Source: a virus
Lineage: Duplodnaviria; Caudoviricetes
Strand: one strand, 5' to 3'
IMG/VR virus record: IMGVR_UViG_2595698952_000001
Coordinates: 96,001-160,000 of that record
DNA: 64,000 nucleotides
Under the pieces are notes generated by a model. The model saw only the letters and a program-made list of their open reading frames with translations, ran no database searches and was not told the DNA's origin. Numbering within the stretch: the stretch's first letter is position 1; each line of letters opens with the position of its first letter. This document shows positions 18,469-28,207 of the stretch, piece after piece. The position numbers and the translations under genes were made by a program.

Positions 18469-19133
18469 GACTAGACCCAGCACGACGTAAGAAGGCAGAA
18501 GCTTACGCACTTCAAGTCCTCCAGTTGGTCGACCCAACGGGGATTAACGCAGAGGCCGCTAAACGCGCTTTTGCACGCATGAACGATGACGAGTTCAATC
18601 GTTTGCGCGACGGATTACCTATCTACAATCCGACTGCTGGGAAAGTACGCATTGACCACCTTCGTAACATCAAAATCTGTTCTGCAATGGGCGTCAGCCT
18701 GGAGCAGCGACTATGGTTAACTGAATCGAAGACCGGTATCCTTCAACGCACCCGCTATCCACACCTTGTCCTACGCCTCCCTGCTCGCCGTCAAACGCAG
18801 ATGCAGGAAAAGAAAATGGCCGTAGCGAAGAACGACCGTGTCCGTGACAAACTCTCCGGGCAAGTCGTTGGGCCATCGAAAGCCTCAGGGGTATCCTTCC
18901 CAGAAGGGTATATCATGTACTCTGACGGTCACGACTGGTCCCTTAAAGAATTCCTGTGGGCGCGTGGTGGTAATGATGTCCTCCAACGCGCGTTCTATCA
19001 GTCGATCCGTAATACGGGTCAGGGGCGTATTGATTTAGAAGGGGCTGAGCGTACGAGTTCGAAAGCAACCCGTACCTGGTCATCGTATTTCAAAGCCATG
19101 CACATTGGCAACAACATAGGTCGACCGGAATGA
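18465..19133 (+). CDS. Virion RNA polymerase beta subunit, C-terminal fragment (phiKZ gp149-like)
   Basis: RLPARRQTQ...DKLSGQVVGPSKASGVSFPE...KEFLWARGGN aligns with the RpoB C-terminal QQP-GG-RFGEME...QE-LT-KSDD region. Confidence 0.75.
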   Translation: MRLDPARRKKAEAYALQVLQLVDPTGINAEAAKRAFARMNDDEFNRLRDGLPIYNPTAGKVRIDHLRNIKICSAMGVSLEQRLWLTESKTGILQRTRYPHLVLRLPARRQTQMQEKKMAVAKNDRVRDKLSGQVVGPSKASGVSFPEGYIMYSDGHDWSLKEFLWARGGNDVLQRAFYQSIRNTGQGRIDLEGAERTSSKATRTWSSYFKAMHIGNNIGRPE

Positions 19134-19861
19134 GATTATCCCGACGCTTCTTAGTGGATATTGATGCTTTGTTCGATACGCGTATCGGCTGGCTCAGAAC
19201 CATTAAGCCCGAGGCCATGGAAAAGCTCGACTTGGAGGTTTATCGCCGTCGAATCACTGACACTTGGGCAGATGTCGTCGGGATAAACAACTGGGCAGAG
19301 ACTTACGCACAGCGAGATAAAAGGGCGCTGATGAACTCCGAACCAACGGAGTTACTGATGACGCTTAAAAATGAGTTTCAGGCAATGCTGATGGAAATTG
19401 AGATGCATTCGCCAATTGAACGTCCGTCGGTTACGATCAATCTTTGGCCGTATACGGATTTGACGAGTAGTGAAGTGCAGGACTTTTTGAATATGTTCCG
19501 CTATCACTTTAGTGAAGTGAGGGCTGAGGTGGTGCATTGGTCTCACAAAGACCTGACACCAGGGAGGTTGGCTGCGGCGTGGGATGGGTGGATAATGTAC
19601 GACTGGTATCCGTGGATTAAGCTACAGGCCACGAAACTGGCAAAACGGATTCCTGAGTTTACGATTACCCGTCCTAGTCTGCTGACGCCGGAGTTGACGT
19701 CAGAGACTATTGAGTACATGCAACGCGATGGGGTGAACCCGTTCAAGGAACACACCCGTTTCATGGCAGAGTACGTGACGGTCGACTGCAAAGATGCCGG
19801 ACTGTTTAGTCTTCGGCGTCCTCCGAAGTCTGCTTCGCCCGAGAATACGCCGAAGCCATGA
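19130..19861 (+). CDS. Conserved jumbo-phage protein with N-terminal DxD (HAD-like) motif
   Basis: FLVDIDALFDTR; 243 aa; ATGA coupling. Confidence 0.6.
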   Translation: MRLSRRFLVDIDALFDTRIGWLRTIKPEAMEKLDLEVYRRRITDTWADVVGINNWAETYAQRDKRALMNSEPTELLMTLKNEFQAMLMEIEMHSPIERPSVTINLWPYTDLTSSEVQDFLNMFRYHFSEVRAEVVHWSHKDLTPGRLAAAWDGWIMYDWYPWIKLQATKLAKRIPEFTITRPSLLTPELTSETIEYMQRDGVNPFKEHTRFMAEYVTVDCKDAGLFSLRRPPKSASPENTPKP

Positions 19862-20276
19862 TGTTACCCACATCAATGGCGTCGCCAACAGGAGCCAACT
19901 GTCCCGGATTCATCTCGACGTCGTCGATTTGAGGAAGGGGTGGTTGGTACCCTGTATTTTCACTCGGTGGGGCGTCGTGACGTTTGATACCGACACCGGC
20001 ACGTTGCATCAGGAAGCCATTAAGGGCGTTGGCCACATCTTGTGTTGCCTCTGCACCTTTCTCAGCTGCCTTAATCTTACGCTTCGACATAATCTGTTTG
20101 TCGACGCTGTTAAGGAGACGATCGATACGGTCAACGGCCTTGAGGTCAGTATGGACTTTGGGTTCAGCAGCCATATCGTTGGCGAGACGAATACGGAGTT
20201 GTTGCGTCTCGCGGAGAAGTAAATCTTCGTCATCCACATTCCCGTCGAAGGCTTGGTATTTCACTTCTTCGCTCAT
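19806..20276 (-). CDS. Hypothetical protein
   Basis: 156 aa, GAGG RBS; 56-nt convergent overlap with the previous gene. Confidence 0.7.
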   Translation of the reverse strand: MSEEVKYQAFDGNVDDEDLLLRETQQLRIRLANDMAAEPKVHTDLKAVDRIDRLLNSVDKQIMSKRKIKAAEKGAEATQDVANALNGFLMQRAGVGIKRHDAPPSENTGYQPPLPQIDDVEMNPGQLAPVGDAIDVGNIMASAYSRAKQTSEDAED

Positions 20277-20300
20277 GTTAAAACCTCTTCTTAAAAAGAA

Positions 20301-20317
20301 CTCAGACAGATATTATC
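20301..20317 (+). promoter_or_regulatory. Candidate early promoter motif
   Basis: CTCAGACAGATATTATC in a divergent intergenic gap. Confidence 0.5.
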
Positions 20318-20352
20318 TAACTGAGACAATCTCTCACTTTAGGATTAAGCTT

Positions 20353-20877
20353 ATGTTTAATTGGCTCAACACACGTTTAAAGCGATACGCCGTAAAGCAG
20401 CGTAGAAGCTTTCTGGAGGCGGAGTTCCATAAGAATACCCGTAACCCTTTTCATCGGGTTATCGTAGGCTTAGAACTGCTTACAGAGCCTCTGGAATATA
20501 ATGGTGAGCAGTACAAGTCATTATCCGTTCGTGGGAAGTTGGAGCTGCGGGTAGCGAACTTTGATATTCTCTACGAACGACTGGAGTTTTACATCCGTGA
20601 GTACACCCGAGTAGCCAACGGGAGTTCTCAGACGTGGTTAGCGTTACCGGATGAGTTGGACAAGAAAAAGGACGAACCTACGCTCCGTTGGATTGACCAA
20701 TACTTCTCTACCACTAACCCGGAAGTAGTACGTGACAAACTGCGTAAAGCGTTTGCCTTGATTGATGTTTATCGTCCGGCTTTCACTGAACGCGATACGG
20801 CTGAACAAGATGCGCTGGCAAACATGACAGCTCACATCTTTCGCGAGTTAGAAACCGTAGTGGAACACTACCTCTAA
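20353..20877 (+). CDS. Hypothetical protein (MFNWLNTR...)
   Basis: AGGA RBS before ATG 20353; the longer 19984 start overlaps a minus-strand gene. Confidence 0.7.
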   Translation: MFNWLNTRLKRYAVKQRRSFLEAEFHKNTRNPFHRVIVGLELLTEPLEYNGEQYKSLSVRGKLELRVANFDILYERLEFYIREYTRVANGSSQTWLALPDELDKKKDEPTLRWIDQYFSTTNPEVVRDKLRKAFALIDVYRPAFTERDTAEQDALANMTAHIFRELETVVEHYL

Positions 20878-20907
20878 CTTTATCCGCTCCTTGTAACAAG
20901 GTGGTTT

Positions 20908-21732
20908 ATGGATAACAAAAACGATATCATTAAGGATCAGATCCATCACGGATCTCCCCAAGATGATCCCGCGGGTAAACCGCTACAGGATGCCTACTGG
21001 AGACTGTGGAAACAGCAAAAGTATACCCGTGAGCAATGGACAACCTTGCTTGGCGAGTATGTCAGGAATCCTAATTACGCGACCAAATCCAAAGCAACTG
21101 ACAAAGACCGTGTCCAACGGTTAACGACAGCGCTGACGGGTGGGAACAGTCGCAACATCAAAGTCGACCTTACCTGGCGACGGTTCATTGAAGGTTTGGT
21201 GGTCATGAAAGTCGATGTGCTCACTGTCACTGTGCAAGCAGTGAAAGGGAACTACGGCGACACGAAAGAGGTGAAGACCTCGACACGACCCAAAGAAGAC
21301 CTTCTGAAAACGTTAAACGGGGAAGACCGGGAGAAGCCACGATTGAGTGCAACAGAGGAATTGAATATCCTCTTTACCAATCAGCGTGGCACTGCTGGTC
21401 AGATGGAACACATCCTGGGCAGGTTACTCTGGCTGTTATTTGCCGAGTATCGGATTGACTCTGACTTTTGGGGACGTTTGTCTACCAACTATGTCAACAA
21501 CCCGAACAACTGTCCCGCGATTGCTTCGCGACGTAATGACATGCGGCACAACATGCAGCAGAACATGCGGATGCGCAAGAAGCTTTCGTGGAAGCGTTTC
21601 TTGATGGTGCTCAAAGCCGTCGACATTCGCCAGCTGGAATGTAGTTTCACCATTACGAAGGAGAACTCCAACTTCGTTTATGAGTCGACGATTGTCATCG
21701 ACCTCACGAAACTGAACTTCTGGAGACCGTGA
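20908..21732 (+). CDS. Hypothetical protein with internal tandem duplication
   Basis: 274 aa; two similar halves (W..L...YV.NP ... L(T/S)W(R/K)RF). Confidence 0.75.
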   Translation: MDNKNDIIKDQIHHGSPQDDPAGKPLQDAYWRLWKQQKYTREQWTTLLGEYVRNPNYATKSKATDKDRVQRLTTALTGGNSRNIKVDLTWRRFIEGLVVMKVDVLTVTVQAVKGNYGDTKEVKTSTRPKEDLLKTLNGEDREKPRLSATEELNILFTNQRGTAGQMEHILGRLLWLLFAEYRIDSDFWGRLSTNYVNNPNNCPAIASRRNDMRHNMQQNMRMRKKLSWKRFLMVLKAVDIRQLECSFTITKENSNFVYESTIVIDLTKLNFWRP

Positions 21733-23045
21733 TGAAACTGAATAACATTGACGGCATCACTAGCCAAATCGGTAACAAGGTGAACGGTGTCCAGTCAGCG
21801 GTTGGCAATACGGTGCAACGCGGTACGGATGCAGTAAACCGCGTACAGTCTACGGTGGACAATGTCGGGAAGGGTATCGAGTCAGCTCAAAACCTGTACC
21901 AGAACACGTTCGATAAGGCGGGGGAAACCTACGATAAGGTCGTGAACGGTGCAGGGTCGCTGAAAGAAAAACTCGGTAACCTCTTTGGCGGCAGTGACAC
22001 TTCTTCGGTAGGTGGAACCAAAGCAGCCGGGTCTGCGCCCTCAGGGGCCTCACCCGGTCAGAAGATGCCCACGTTTGCCACGGATACGAAAGCTGCGCTG
22101 CCGGTACTCGATCCGCAAAAGCGTGATGTGTCAGAACCGTTTAAGCCGGTCAACAAAGCGGGCCTGTCGGCACTCAGCTACCTCAGTCCCGGTGGGGCAG
22201 GGAGTCTGTTGTCTAAAGGTTGGTCTACCTTAACGAACCTGCGCGACCAAGCGCTGAGTGCGGTAGGGACTGATTACGCTTCGGTGAAGAATCGTCTGGA
22301 ACAAACCATGAACATTGCCGGGCAACTGGCAAAGCTTCCGGGTGAGGTTCAGCGAGAAATCAGTGGCTACGTCAACGAGTTTAACTCGGCGAAATACCAA
22401 GTCACCGCCATGGTGGACGATGTAACCCACACCTTTGATTCGTTCAAAGACCTGGGGGACTACCTGGCGATTGATAACGTGTTGCAAAGTTTTGGGGTAG
22501 GGAGCAGCAGCAATGGTTACAGCAACTCTTTCTCAAACCTGGACATCAATACGTCGTCGGCACTGATTTACGGTATCTCGACCAAGCTCAACACTTACGG
22601 CTTACCTGCGAAGATTGACCCAATGGTACAGGCCATCACTGACCCGGTTGCGCAAGAAGCGTTGTACGGTGAATTGATGGTGCAAGCCTCCGCCACGGGG
22701 AACTTGGATTCGGTAGAGTATTACCTGCCGAAACTGAAACCGGGCCAGGGGCAGCAGTTGGCAGAGGATGTCATTAAGAACCTCATGGCCAATCTGCGGG
22801 TTGAACCGGGTATTGGGTTCCGCAGTTACGGTGTGCGTTTGTTGGCGTTGTTCGAAGCGTTAGACCCGAATTGGGACAAGTCCAAGATCAATCCGGGAAT
22901 GACCGAACTGCGTCTGTACACTTACGCAGGCTCTAATGCGATTCAGGCATTGCTGACCACTGACCGCCGCATCTATGTGATTGCCGGGGGTAGCGTGCAG
23001 TATCAAACTGCTGACTCTCTGGTGAATGCGTATTTCGCCGTCTAA
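21729..23045 (+). CDS. Putative virion structural protein
   Basis: 438 aa, Gly/Ser/Asn-rich amphipathic N-terminus; GGAG RBS. Confidence 0.65.
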   Translation: MMKLNNIDGITSQIGNKVNGVQSAVGNTVQRGTDAVNRVQSTVDNVGKGIESAQNLYQNTFDKAGETYDKVVNGAGSLKEKLGNLFGGSDTSSVGGTKAAGSAPSGASPGQKMPTFATDTKAALPVLDPQKRDVSEPFKPVNKAGLSALSYLSPGGAGSLLSKGWSTLTNLRDQALSAVGTDYASVKNRLEQTMNIAGQLAKLPGEVQREISGYVNEFNSAKYQVTAMVDDVTHTFDSFKDLGDYLAIDNVLQSFGVGSSSNGYSNSFSNLDINTSSALIYGISTKLNTYGLPAKIDPMVQAITDPVAQEALYGELMVQASATGNLDSVEYYLPKLKPGQGQQLAEDVIKNLMANLRVEPGIGFRSYGVRLLALFEALDPNWDKSKINPGMTELRLYTYAGSNAIQALLTTDRRIYVIAGGSVQYQTADSLVNAYFAV

Positions 23046-23057
23046 CAGGTACCGTTT

Positions 23058-23936
23058 ATGACCAATGATGATAATCCTATTTTGCGTGCCACGCTTGAAA
23101 CTGTACGCAAAGCAGATGTGGGTGTTAACAATGTAGCGGCAATGTTCGGCTTCTCCTTAGACGGGGTAGTGTCGAAGATTGCGCCAGTGAACCACATCGC
23201 GCTCTCGCCGGATGAGAAGGATGTGTTTATTCGCTACCTTCGCAGTCTCGGCTATCGTTGTCACCTGAAAGACTTTATCCCGTCTACGGATGGGTTGAAC
23301 CACTATAACATCTATTCCCAGGCCAGAACGCAGCTGGGTAAGATGGCGAGTAACTTTTACTCGCAACCGGAAGGGAAATACTTCGATACCACCGATGGCC
23401 GGTTTTTGACGTTAGAAGGGTACTATCATTACCTGCGCATCCTGGACTACGCGCTTCACACTTATTGCCGTGACGTTGAACCCACGAAGTTGTTGGATCG
23501 CAACGACATGGCACGGGTAGCGATGCAGGAAATGCTCAGGAAGTACCCGGACATCCGCAAACTGGCGAAGTACGAGGGTGCCGATTGTATCCGTATCGGT
23601 CGTAACCTGAAAGCAGCCATCTATGGTGGGACAGATTACCGTCCTGGCGCATTCAGTCCCCTGTCAGCTTACCGTTTTATGACAGCAATGGTATTTAAGT
23701 TGCACACTTTAACTATTGATGGCGTGAGTATCGGTAATATCCTGTCTGCGCAGGTTACACATGGCATTCCACTTCTTCACTATTACGTGATGAATGGTCG
23801 CCAGATAACCCCGCCGCATTCGGATTGGTTGCCAGGTGTGGTCGAACAAATTGTGCAGTGCATTGATCCGTACGGCACAACGTTCAACCCCTACGCCGTT
23901 ATCAGCCAGATAGGGAACGACGATGGGTCTCTTTGA
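23058..23936 (+). CDS. NADAR-like (T4 gp30.3/YbiA fold) protein
   Basis: NIYSQ...MASNF...FDTTDGRFLTLEGYYHYL...LAKYEG...IGR resembles the NADAR SNF / F-x-x-E-G pattern. Confidence 0.55.
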   Translation: MTNDDNPILRATLETVRKADVGVNNVAAMFGFSLDGVVSKIAPVNHIALSPDEKDVFIRYLRSLGYRCHLKDFIPSTDGLNHYNIYSQARTQLGKMASNFYSQPEGKYFDTTDGRFLTLEGYYHYLRILDYALHTYCRDVEPTKLLDRNDMARVAMQEMLRKYPDIRKLAKYEGADCIRIGRNLKAAIYGGTDYRPGAFSPLSAYRFMTAMVFKLHTLTIDGVSIGNILSAQVTHGIPLLHYYVMNGRQITPPHSDWLPGVVEQIVQCIDPYGTTFNPYAVISQIGNDDGSL

Positions 23937-24582
23937 CACCTTAGCGAAACTCGATCAGCAGCAAGAAGCCGACGTCTTAAAAGTCGCCGGTGAATCGGTG
24001 CGGGTCGAGACCGAAAAAGAATACGTGATGTGGGTGAAGCCAACCGAAGAAGGCTGGGCGTGGTTATTCGAGCAGCAAGCACAGGTCTACATGGATGTGC
24101 TGATGCCGATTGCTCGTGGGCGGCGACGGGTACGTTTGCATAGTGGCGGTAAAGCCGAACTCACTGTGAAACGTATGGCGGGTGAAGGCAAGATTGAGGA
24201 GAACTCAGACATTGGGTTCGGTGCAGGCTTGTCATTCTACGAAGACGGTCACTTAGCGCACTTGGTTCGCCGTATCCACATGGATGCCGGGGAGCTGAAA
24301 GCGCAAGGGGCTAAGCACTGGGACATCGACCTGTTCTACACCGTCACGGGTCACCCGGTGCTGGAAACCCAGGAAGACTTTGACGCACTGGTCGCTGACT
24401 TGCAAACCGCAACGTCATTCGGTCGCTGGGTGAAGGTGGAACTGGAAGTCGAACGTTTTGAAATCAACACGATTAAAGACGTTATCCCGTTCGGTGTGGC
24501 AGAAGCGATTCCTGGTGGGCCGAAAGACCCCGAGACACAGGAAATGCTTCGTCACTACTGGGACAATGAAACCCGTATCTAA
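23923..24582 (+). CDS. CYTH-like triphosphate tunnel metalloenzyme
   Basis: ETEKEY (ExExK-like), RVRL, LTVK, EEN, WDIDLF, VELEVE. Confidence 0.7.
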   Translation: MGLFDTLAKLDQQQEADVLKVAGESVRVETEKEYVMWVKPTEEGWAWLFEQQAQVYMDVLMPIARGRRRVRLHSGGKAELTVKRMAGEGKIEENSDIGFGAGLSFYEDGHLAHLVRRIHMDAGELKAQGAKHWDIDLFYTVTGHPVLETQEDFDALVADLQTATSFGRWVKVELEVERFEINTIKDVIPFGVAEAIPGGPKDPETQEMLRHYWDNETRI

Positions 24583-24588
24583 GTGGTT

Positions 24589-24621
24589 CCCTCTCCTTCG
24601 GGGGAGGGCTACTTTATTTTT
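24589..24621 (+). terminator. Rho-independent terminator
   Basis: CCCTCTCC-TTCG-GGGGAGGG followed by TTTATTTTT. Confidence 0.75.
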
Positions 24622-24639
24622 ATCCTAAAGGAGTACAAG

Positions 24640-25017
24640 ATGGTTGTCGGACACTTTTTTAATCGCCACGGTTTAGTGTTTGTATCGGGTATCGCTGTAG
24701 AAGGTCGTCGTGTTCACACCATGAACCTGACGGACGAAGAGAAAGCGCATTGGGTAGAGGTGTTAGCGCCGTTCAAAGACAAGAAGCTGGCGCTGGGTCA
24801 ACGCATCACCTACGGTTCCAGTCCACGGGTGGCATTCCACGGCCACAATGACGAAGGAGGTCAGGATGACTTAGCCATTATGGCCGGGGAAGAGGGTCGA
24901 CGGTTGTCAGAGGTGCTGCTACAGTTTAAACCACCGATGTGCAACGGGCCATACATTAACCTCGAAGGACATCCAGACGCTGCCAGCATCGCTCACCAGG
25001 TGATGGTACTTCTATAA
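24640..25017 (+). CDS. Hypothetical protein
   Basis: AAGGAG RBS before ATG 24640. Confidence 0.75.
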   Translation: MVVGHFFNRHGLVFVSGIAVEGRRVHTMNLTDEEKAHWVEVLAPFKDKKLALGQRITYGSSPRVAFHGHNDEGGQDDLAIMAGEEGRRLSEVLLQFKPPMCNGPYINLEGHPDAASIAHQVMVLL

Positions 25018-25064
25018 TTTACAAAAGCGGGTGTAGTTATGTAAACACCCGCAAGGATACCCGA

Positions 25065-25493
25065 ATGATGAATAAGATTGCTTTTGAGAAAGGCACTGGC
25101 CTGATTGTTAATGAAGTCATTATCCCGAATACGGACAACGCTGCCTGGGAACACCTGGCGCTGCGTTTAAACGGTAAGAAGGTCTCTGTTACCTTAACCA
25201 ACGAACTCGCACTCAACGGCAATCTGGCTAACGCTGGGCCGGAGTTTGCGGCGTTCAACGTACCCCATTCGACCGGCGTTTGTTTTTTGAAGAACGCGTA
25301 CTTCGCAAGTCGCGTTTACAGCTGGAAGCTTCTGGCTGAACTGAACAAATCCGTTGGCCTGAACGCGAAGCAGGGTGTGCCGAACGACCACATTGCTAAC
25401 CACGGTATCGTTATCGTGGTCTCTCGCGTTGCCGGTGAAGAACTGGCCTTCTCTTTCTGTTACGCGTACGGAGCACAGGATGCAGCTGCCTAA
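25065..25493 (+). CDS. Hypothetical protein
   Basis: 142 aa, AAGGA RBS. Confidence 0.75.
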   Translation: MMNKIAFEKGTGLIVNEVIIPNTDNAAWEHLALRLNGKKVSVTLTNELALNGNLANAGPEFAAFNVPHSTGVCFLKNAYFASRVYSWKLLAELNKSVGLNAKQGVPNDHIANHGIVIVVSRVAGEELAFSFCYAYGAQDAAA

Positions 25494-26391
25494 TGCCGAG
25501 ATTCAAATCCACGCCGTAGACAGCTGGTATACCGACACAAAGGTGTACCAGTTCGGCAGCTACGAACAACAGCGTAGCAAACTGTATCGTTGCCTCGGTG
25601 AAATTGCCGAGGGGGTACAGAAAGACGATACCTTAAAAGTGGCAGCCGGTATCGGTCGGGTGCTGTGGACGTTCATCGGCCTTGTGCATTTCTCCAAGCA
25701 AGCTCACGATGTTCCCCTGCACAGCCAACTCGACCACTATATTCAGTTGAAGCTGAAAGCCACCAACAAACACGCCCAGCTTCATGCGCTGATGCACAAC
25801 ACCCTGGATCTGGTCTGGCAGACACCCGAAGACGGTGACTTCTGTTTGCACAGTTTCCTGAAAGCGTTTGGTGATTTCATGATGGGACTGAATACGTTGT
25901 GTAAAGCCACAGGGCTAGAGTTTGACCGGGTGGTGTACAACGGCCATTACGCACTCATTCGCACTCAGGGTGAGATGAACGAGCTGGGGATGTTTATTCC
26001 TGCGCCAGGCGATCTGGATGGTGATGTAATGGGCCAACCTCTGGTTAATGAGAAACTTCCTTCTGGTCAGCTCACCCACTTTTATATCGAAAGTGGGCTG
26101 AACGCCGCGGCTGCTAAAGCGTTCGTGCCGTACGTTCACACCCCGTTTGCTTCTCACAAGGTCGATGAGGTCAGTGATAAACTGGCGGAGGCATTGGAAG
26201 AACTGTTGGAGCGGCACATCTACAGTGATGATAAATGGCGACATCTGACTTTCGAGCGGACGCCAAAGATTAACATCATGTACGAAAACGGCACCGTGAC
26301 AGCCACGTACAACGATGACCTCAAGTTTATCATGAATACCCTAAAACAGGATAATTTGCACCATGAAACAATATCTGGACTTACTGCGTGA
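25480..26391 (+). CDS. Degenerate MazG-like protein
   Basis: GGAG RBS; [18 protein letters not shown]...AGIGRVL aligns with the MazG at 28909 but lacks most acidic ligands. Confidence 0.65.
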   Translation: MQLPNAEIQIHAVDSWYTDTKVYQFGSYEQQRSKLYRCLGEIAEGVQKDDTLKVAAGIGRVLWTFIGLVHFSKQAHDVPLHSQLDHYIQLKLKATNKHAQLHALMHNTLDLVWQTPEDGDFCLHSFLKAFGDFMMGLNTLCKATGLEFDRVVYNGHYALIRTQGEMNELGMFIPAPGDLDGDVMGQPLVNEKLPSGQLTHFYIESGLNAAAAKAFVPYVHTPFASHKVDEVSDKLAEALEELLERHIYSDDKWRHLTFERTPKINIMYENGTVTATYNDDLKFIMNTLKQDNLHHETISGLTA

Positions 26392-27391
26392 CGTTCGTGA
26401 CAACGGGCACGAAAAAGCAGACCGTACGGGCACGGGCACCCTGTCGTTATTCGGCGCACAAATGCGCTTTGACCTGCAAAAAGGTTTCCCGCTGGTCACG
26501 ACCAAAAAGGTTCACCTCCGCTCCATCATCCATGAGCTTCTGTGGTTCCTCATGGGCGATACCAACATCCAGTATCTGAAAGACAACAACGTCAGTATCT
26601 GGGATGAATGGGCAGATGAAGATGGTAATCTCGGCCCGGTGTACGGTAAGCAATGGCGTGAGTGGCCAGATATTCGTGCGGTACCTTACGAAGAATTTAA
26701 TCGTCTGACCGCTGCAGGTTACGAAGATCTCGATGCCGGTACTTGGAGCATGGATGAAAACTGCTCCATTTATTTCGTTCGGAAGAACATCGACCAAATC
26801 AGCAAGGTCATGGAACAACTGAAAAACGACCCGGACAACCGCCGTATCATCGTCAGTGCCTGGAACGTGGCTGACCTGGATGAAATGGCGTTAGCACCAT
26901 GCCATGCCTTCTTCCAGTTCTACACGCGTAAAATGACCCCAGCGGAACGTATGTCCTGGTTGAGTGAGAACAAGCCCAAAGACCGTGCAATGATTAACCG
27001 TGTCGCGTATGCTTCGCAAGACGATCGTGAAGAAGCATTGACTGAATGTTTCGGTGTACCGACGCGGGTATTGTCCTGTCAGCTGTATCAGCGCAGTGCT
27101 GACATGTTCCTAGGCGTACCGTTTAACATTGCCTCTTACGCGCTCCTGATACACATGTTTGCCCAGCAGGCCAATATGGCAGTAGGTGACTTCGTGTGGA
27201 CGGGTGGGGATGTGCATCTGTACTCCAACCACCTGGAGCAGGCAGATTTGCAGTTAACTCGCGAACCTCATCCGTTACCACAACTGCGGATTAAACGTCG
27301 TCCGGATTCTATCTTCGACTATAAGTTTGAAGATTTCGAAGTGGTCGGATACGAATCGCATGACGCTATTAAGGCACCGGTGGCGATATGA
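26363..27391 (+). CDS. thyA: Thymidylate synthase
   Basis: [63 protein letters not shown]. Confidence 0.98.
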   Translation: MKQYLDLLRDVRDNGHEKADRTGTGTLSLFGAQMRFDLQKGFPLVTTKKVHLRSIIHELLWFLMGDTNIQYLKDNNVSIWDEWADEDGNLGPVYGKQWREWPDIRAVPYEEFNRLTAAGYEDLDAGTWSMDENCSIYFVRKNIDQISKVMEQLKNDPDNRRIIVSAWNVADLDEMALAPCHAFFQFYTRKMTPAERMSWLSENKPKDRAMINRVAYASQDDREEALTECFGVPTRVLSCQLYQRSADMFLGVPFNIASYALLIHMFAQQANMAVGDFVWTGGDVHLYSNHLEQADLQLTREPHPLPQLRIKRRPDSIFDYKFEDFEVVGYESHDAIKAPVAI

Positions 27392-28185
27392 AGAACAAGC
27401 TCTTTGTTTTCTCGGACGCATTCTACACCACCAACTACGATCAGTACAACCACGGCGTAGTTGCTGCGATTGATGAAGAAGATGCCCAGCGCTTAGTGCC
27501 GACTGGTATCGATTTGATCGAAGTTGGTGAGACCGATGCGTATGACGTGTTGTTGTTTGCGGAAGGTGTGCGTAACTGGCCTGAGCGCCACCGTTACACC
27601 AACCACACCATCAACTGTCCTGGCTGGAAAGTCATTGAAGGGGCAGATATCTCGGACTACGAGAAGAAGCTTGTGGAGTTAATGCAACTCCCACCGGACA
27701 TGGACATCGTGTTCAGTAACTGGGGGAAAGTGCCAGAAGACAGTGAGCACGGTAAACCGCCTGCGGCTGGGCAATGGACAATAACCGCAACCTCTGGTGA
27801 ACTCGGGGGCTCTGCACAAGTTCACTTTAACGGCTTGCCTTCTCTGGACGCTCTGCTTGAGCCTGCGGAACACACGGTCAGTTATACCTGGCAGGATACC
27901 GAAACCTTGCCGGTGACGATTGAGCATGTTCTGGCAGACGTGTTGAAGGTGGTGGGGCGAGAGTCTGAGTACCACGACTGGGCAGGAATGGCACGACAGC
28001 ACTTCTATTCAGAAACGGCAGTGCTCGGTTGGGAAGAACTGACTGAGGAAATCGGTCAGTACAAGAAAACATGGTACCGTCACCCGGACTGGCAAACGCT
28101 GGTTCCAGAGATGGTGCGTAAAGAAGCCTCCAAACTCACCGTTATCACTGATGAAAACGGCAGAATGCGGATGGCGCAATACTAA
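27388..28185 (+). CDS. Hypothetical protein
   Basis: 265 aa, ATGA coupling to thyA. Confidence 0.75.
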   Translation: MKNKLFVFSDAFYTTNYDQYNHGVVAAIDEEDAQRLVPTGIDLIEVGETDAYDVLLFAEGVRNWPERHRYTNHTINCPGWKVIEGADISDYEKKLVELMQLPPDMDIVFSNWGKVPEDSEHGKPPAAGQWTITATSGELGGSAQVHFNGLPSLDALLEPAEHTVSYTWQDTETLPVTIEHVLADVLKVVGRESEYHDWAGMARQHFYSETAVLGWEELTEEIGQYKKTWYRHPDWQTLVPEMVRKEASKLTVITDENGRMRMAQY

Positions 28186-28207
28186 CGAAGAGGTAATCAA
28201 AGTGTCT

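Noticed and set aside
19984-20352. N-terminal extension of the 297-aa ORF
   Set aside because: Overlaps the minus-strand gene 19806-20276 and a promoter-like motif; ATG 20353 has the RBS.
25065-25493. Possible dihydrofolate reductase near thyA
   Set aside because: Only a vague N-terminal resemblance; lacks IG..LPW, MGRKT and IGG motifs.
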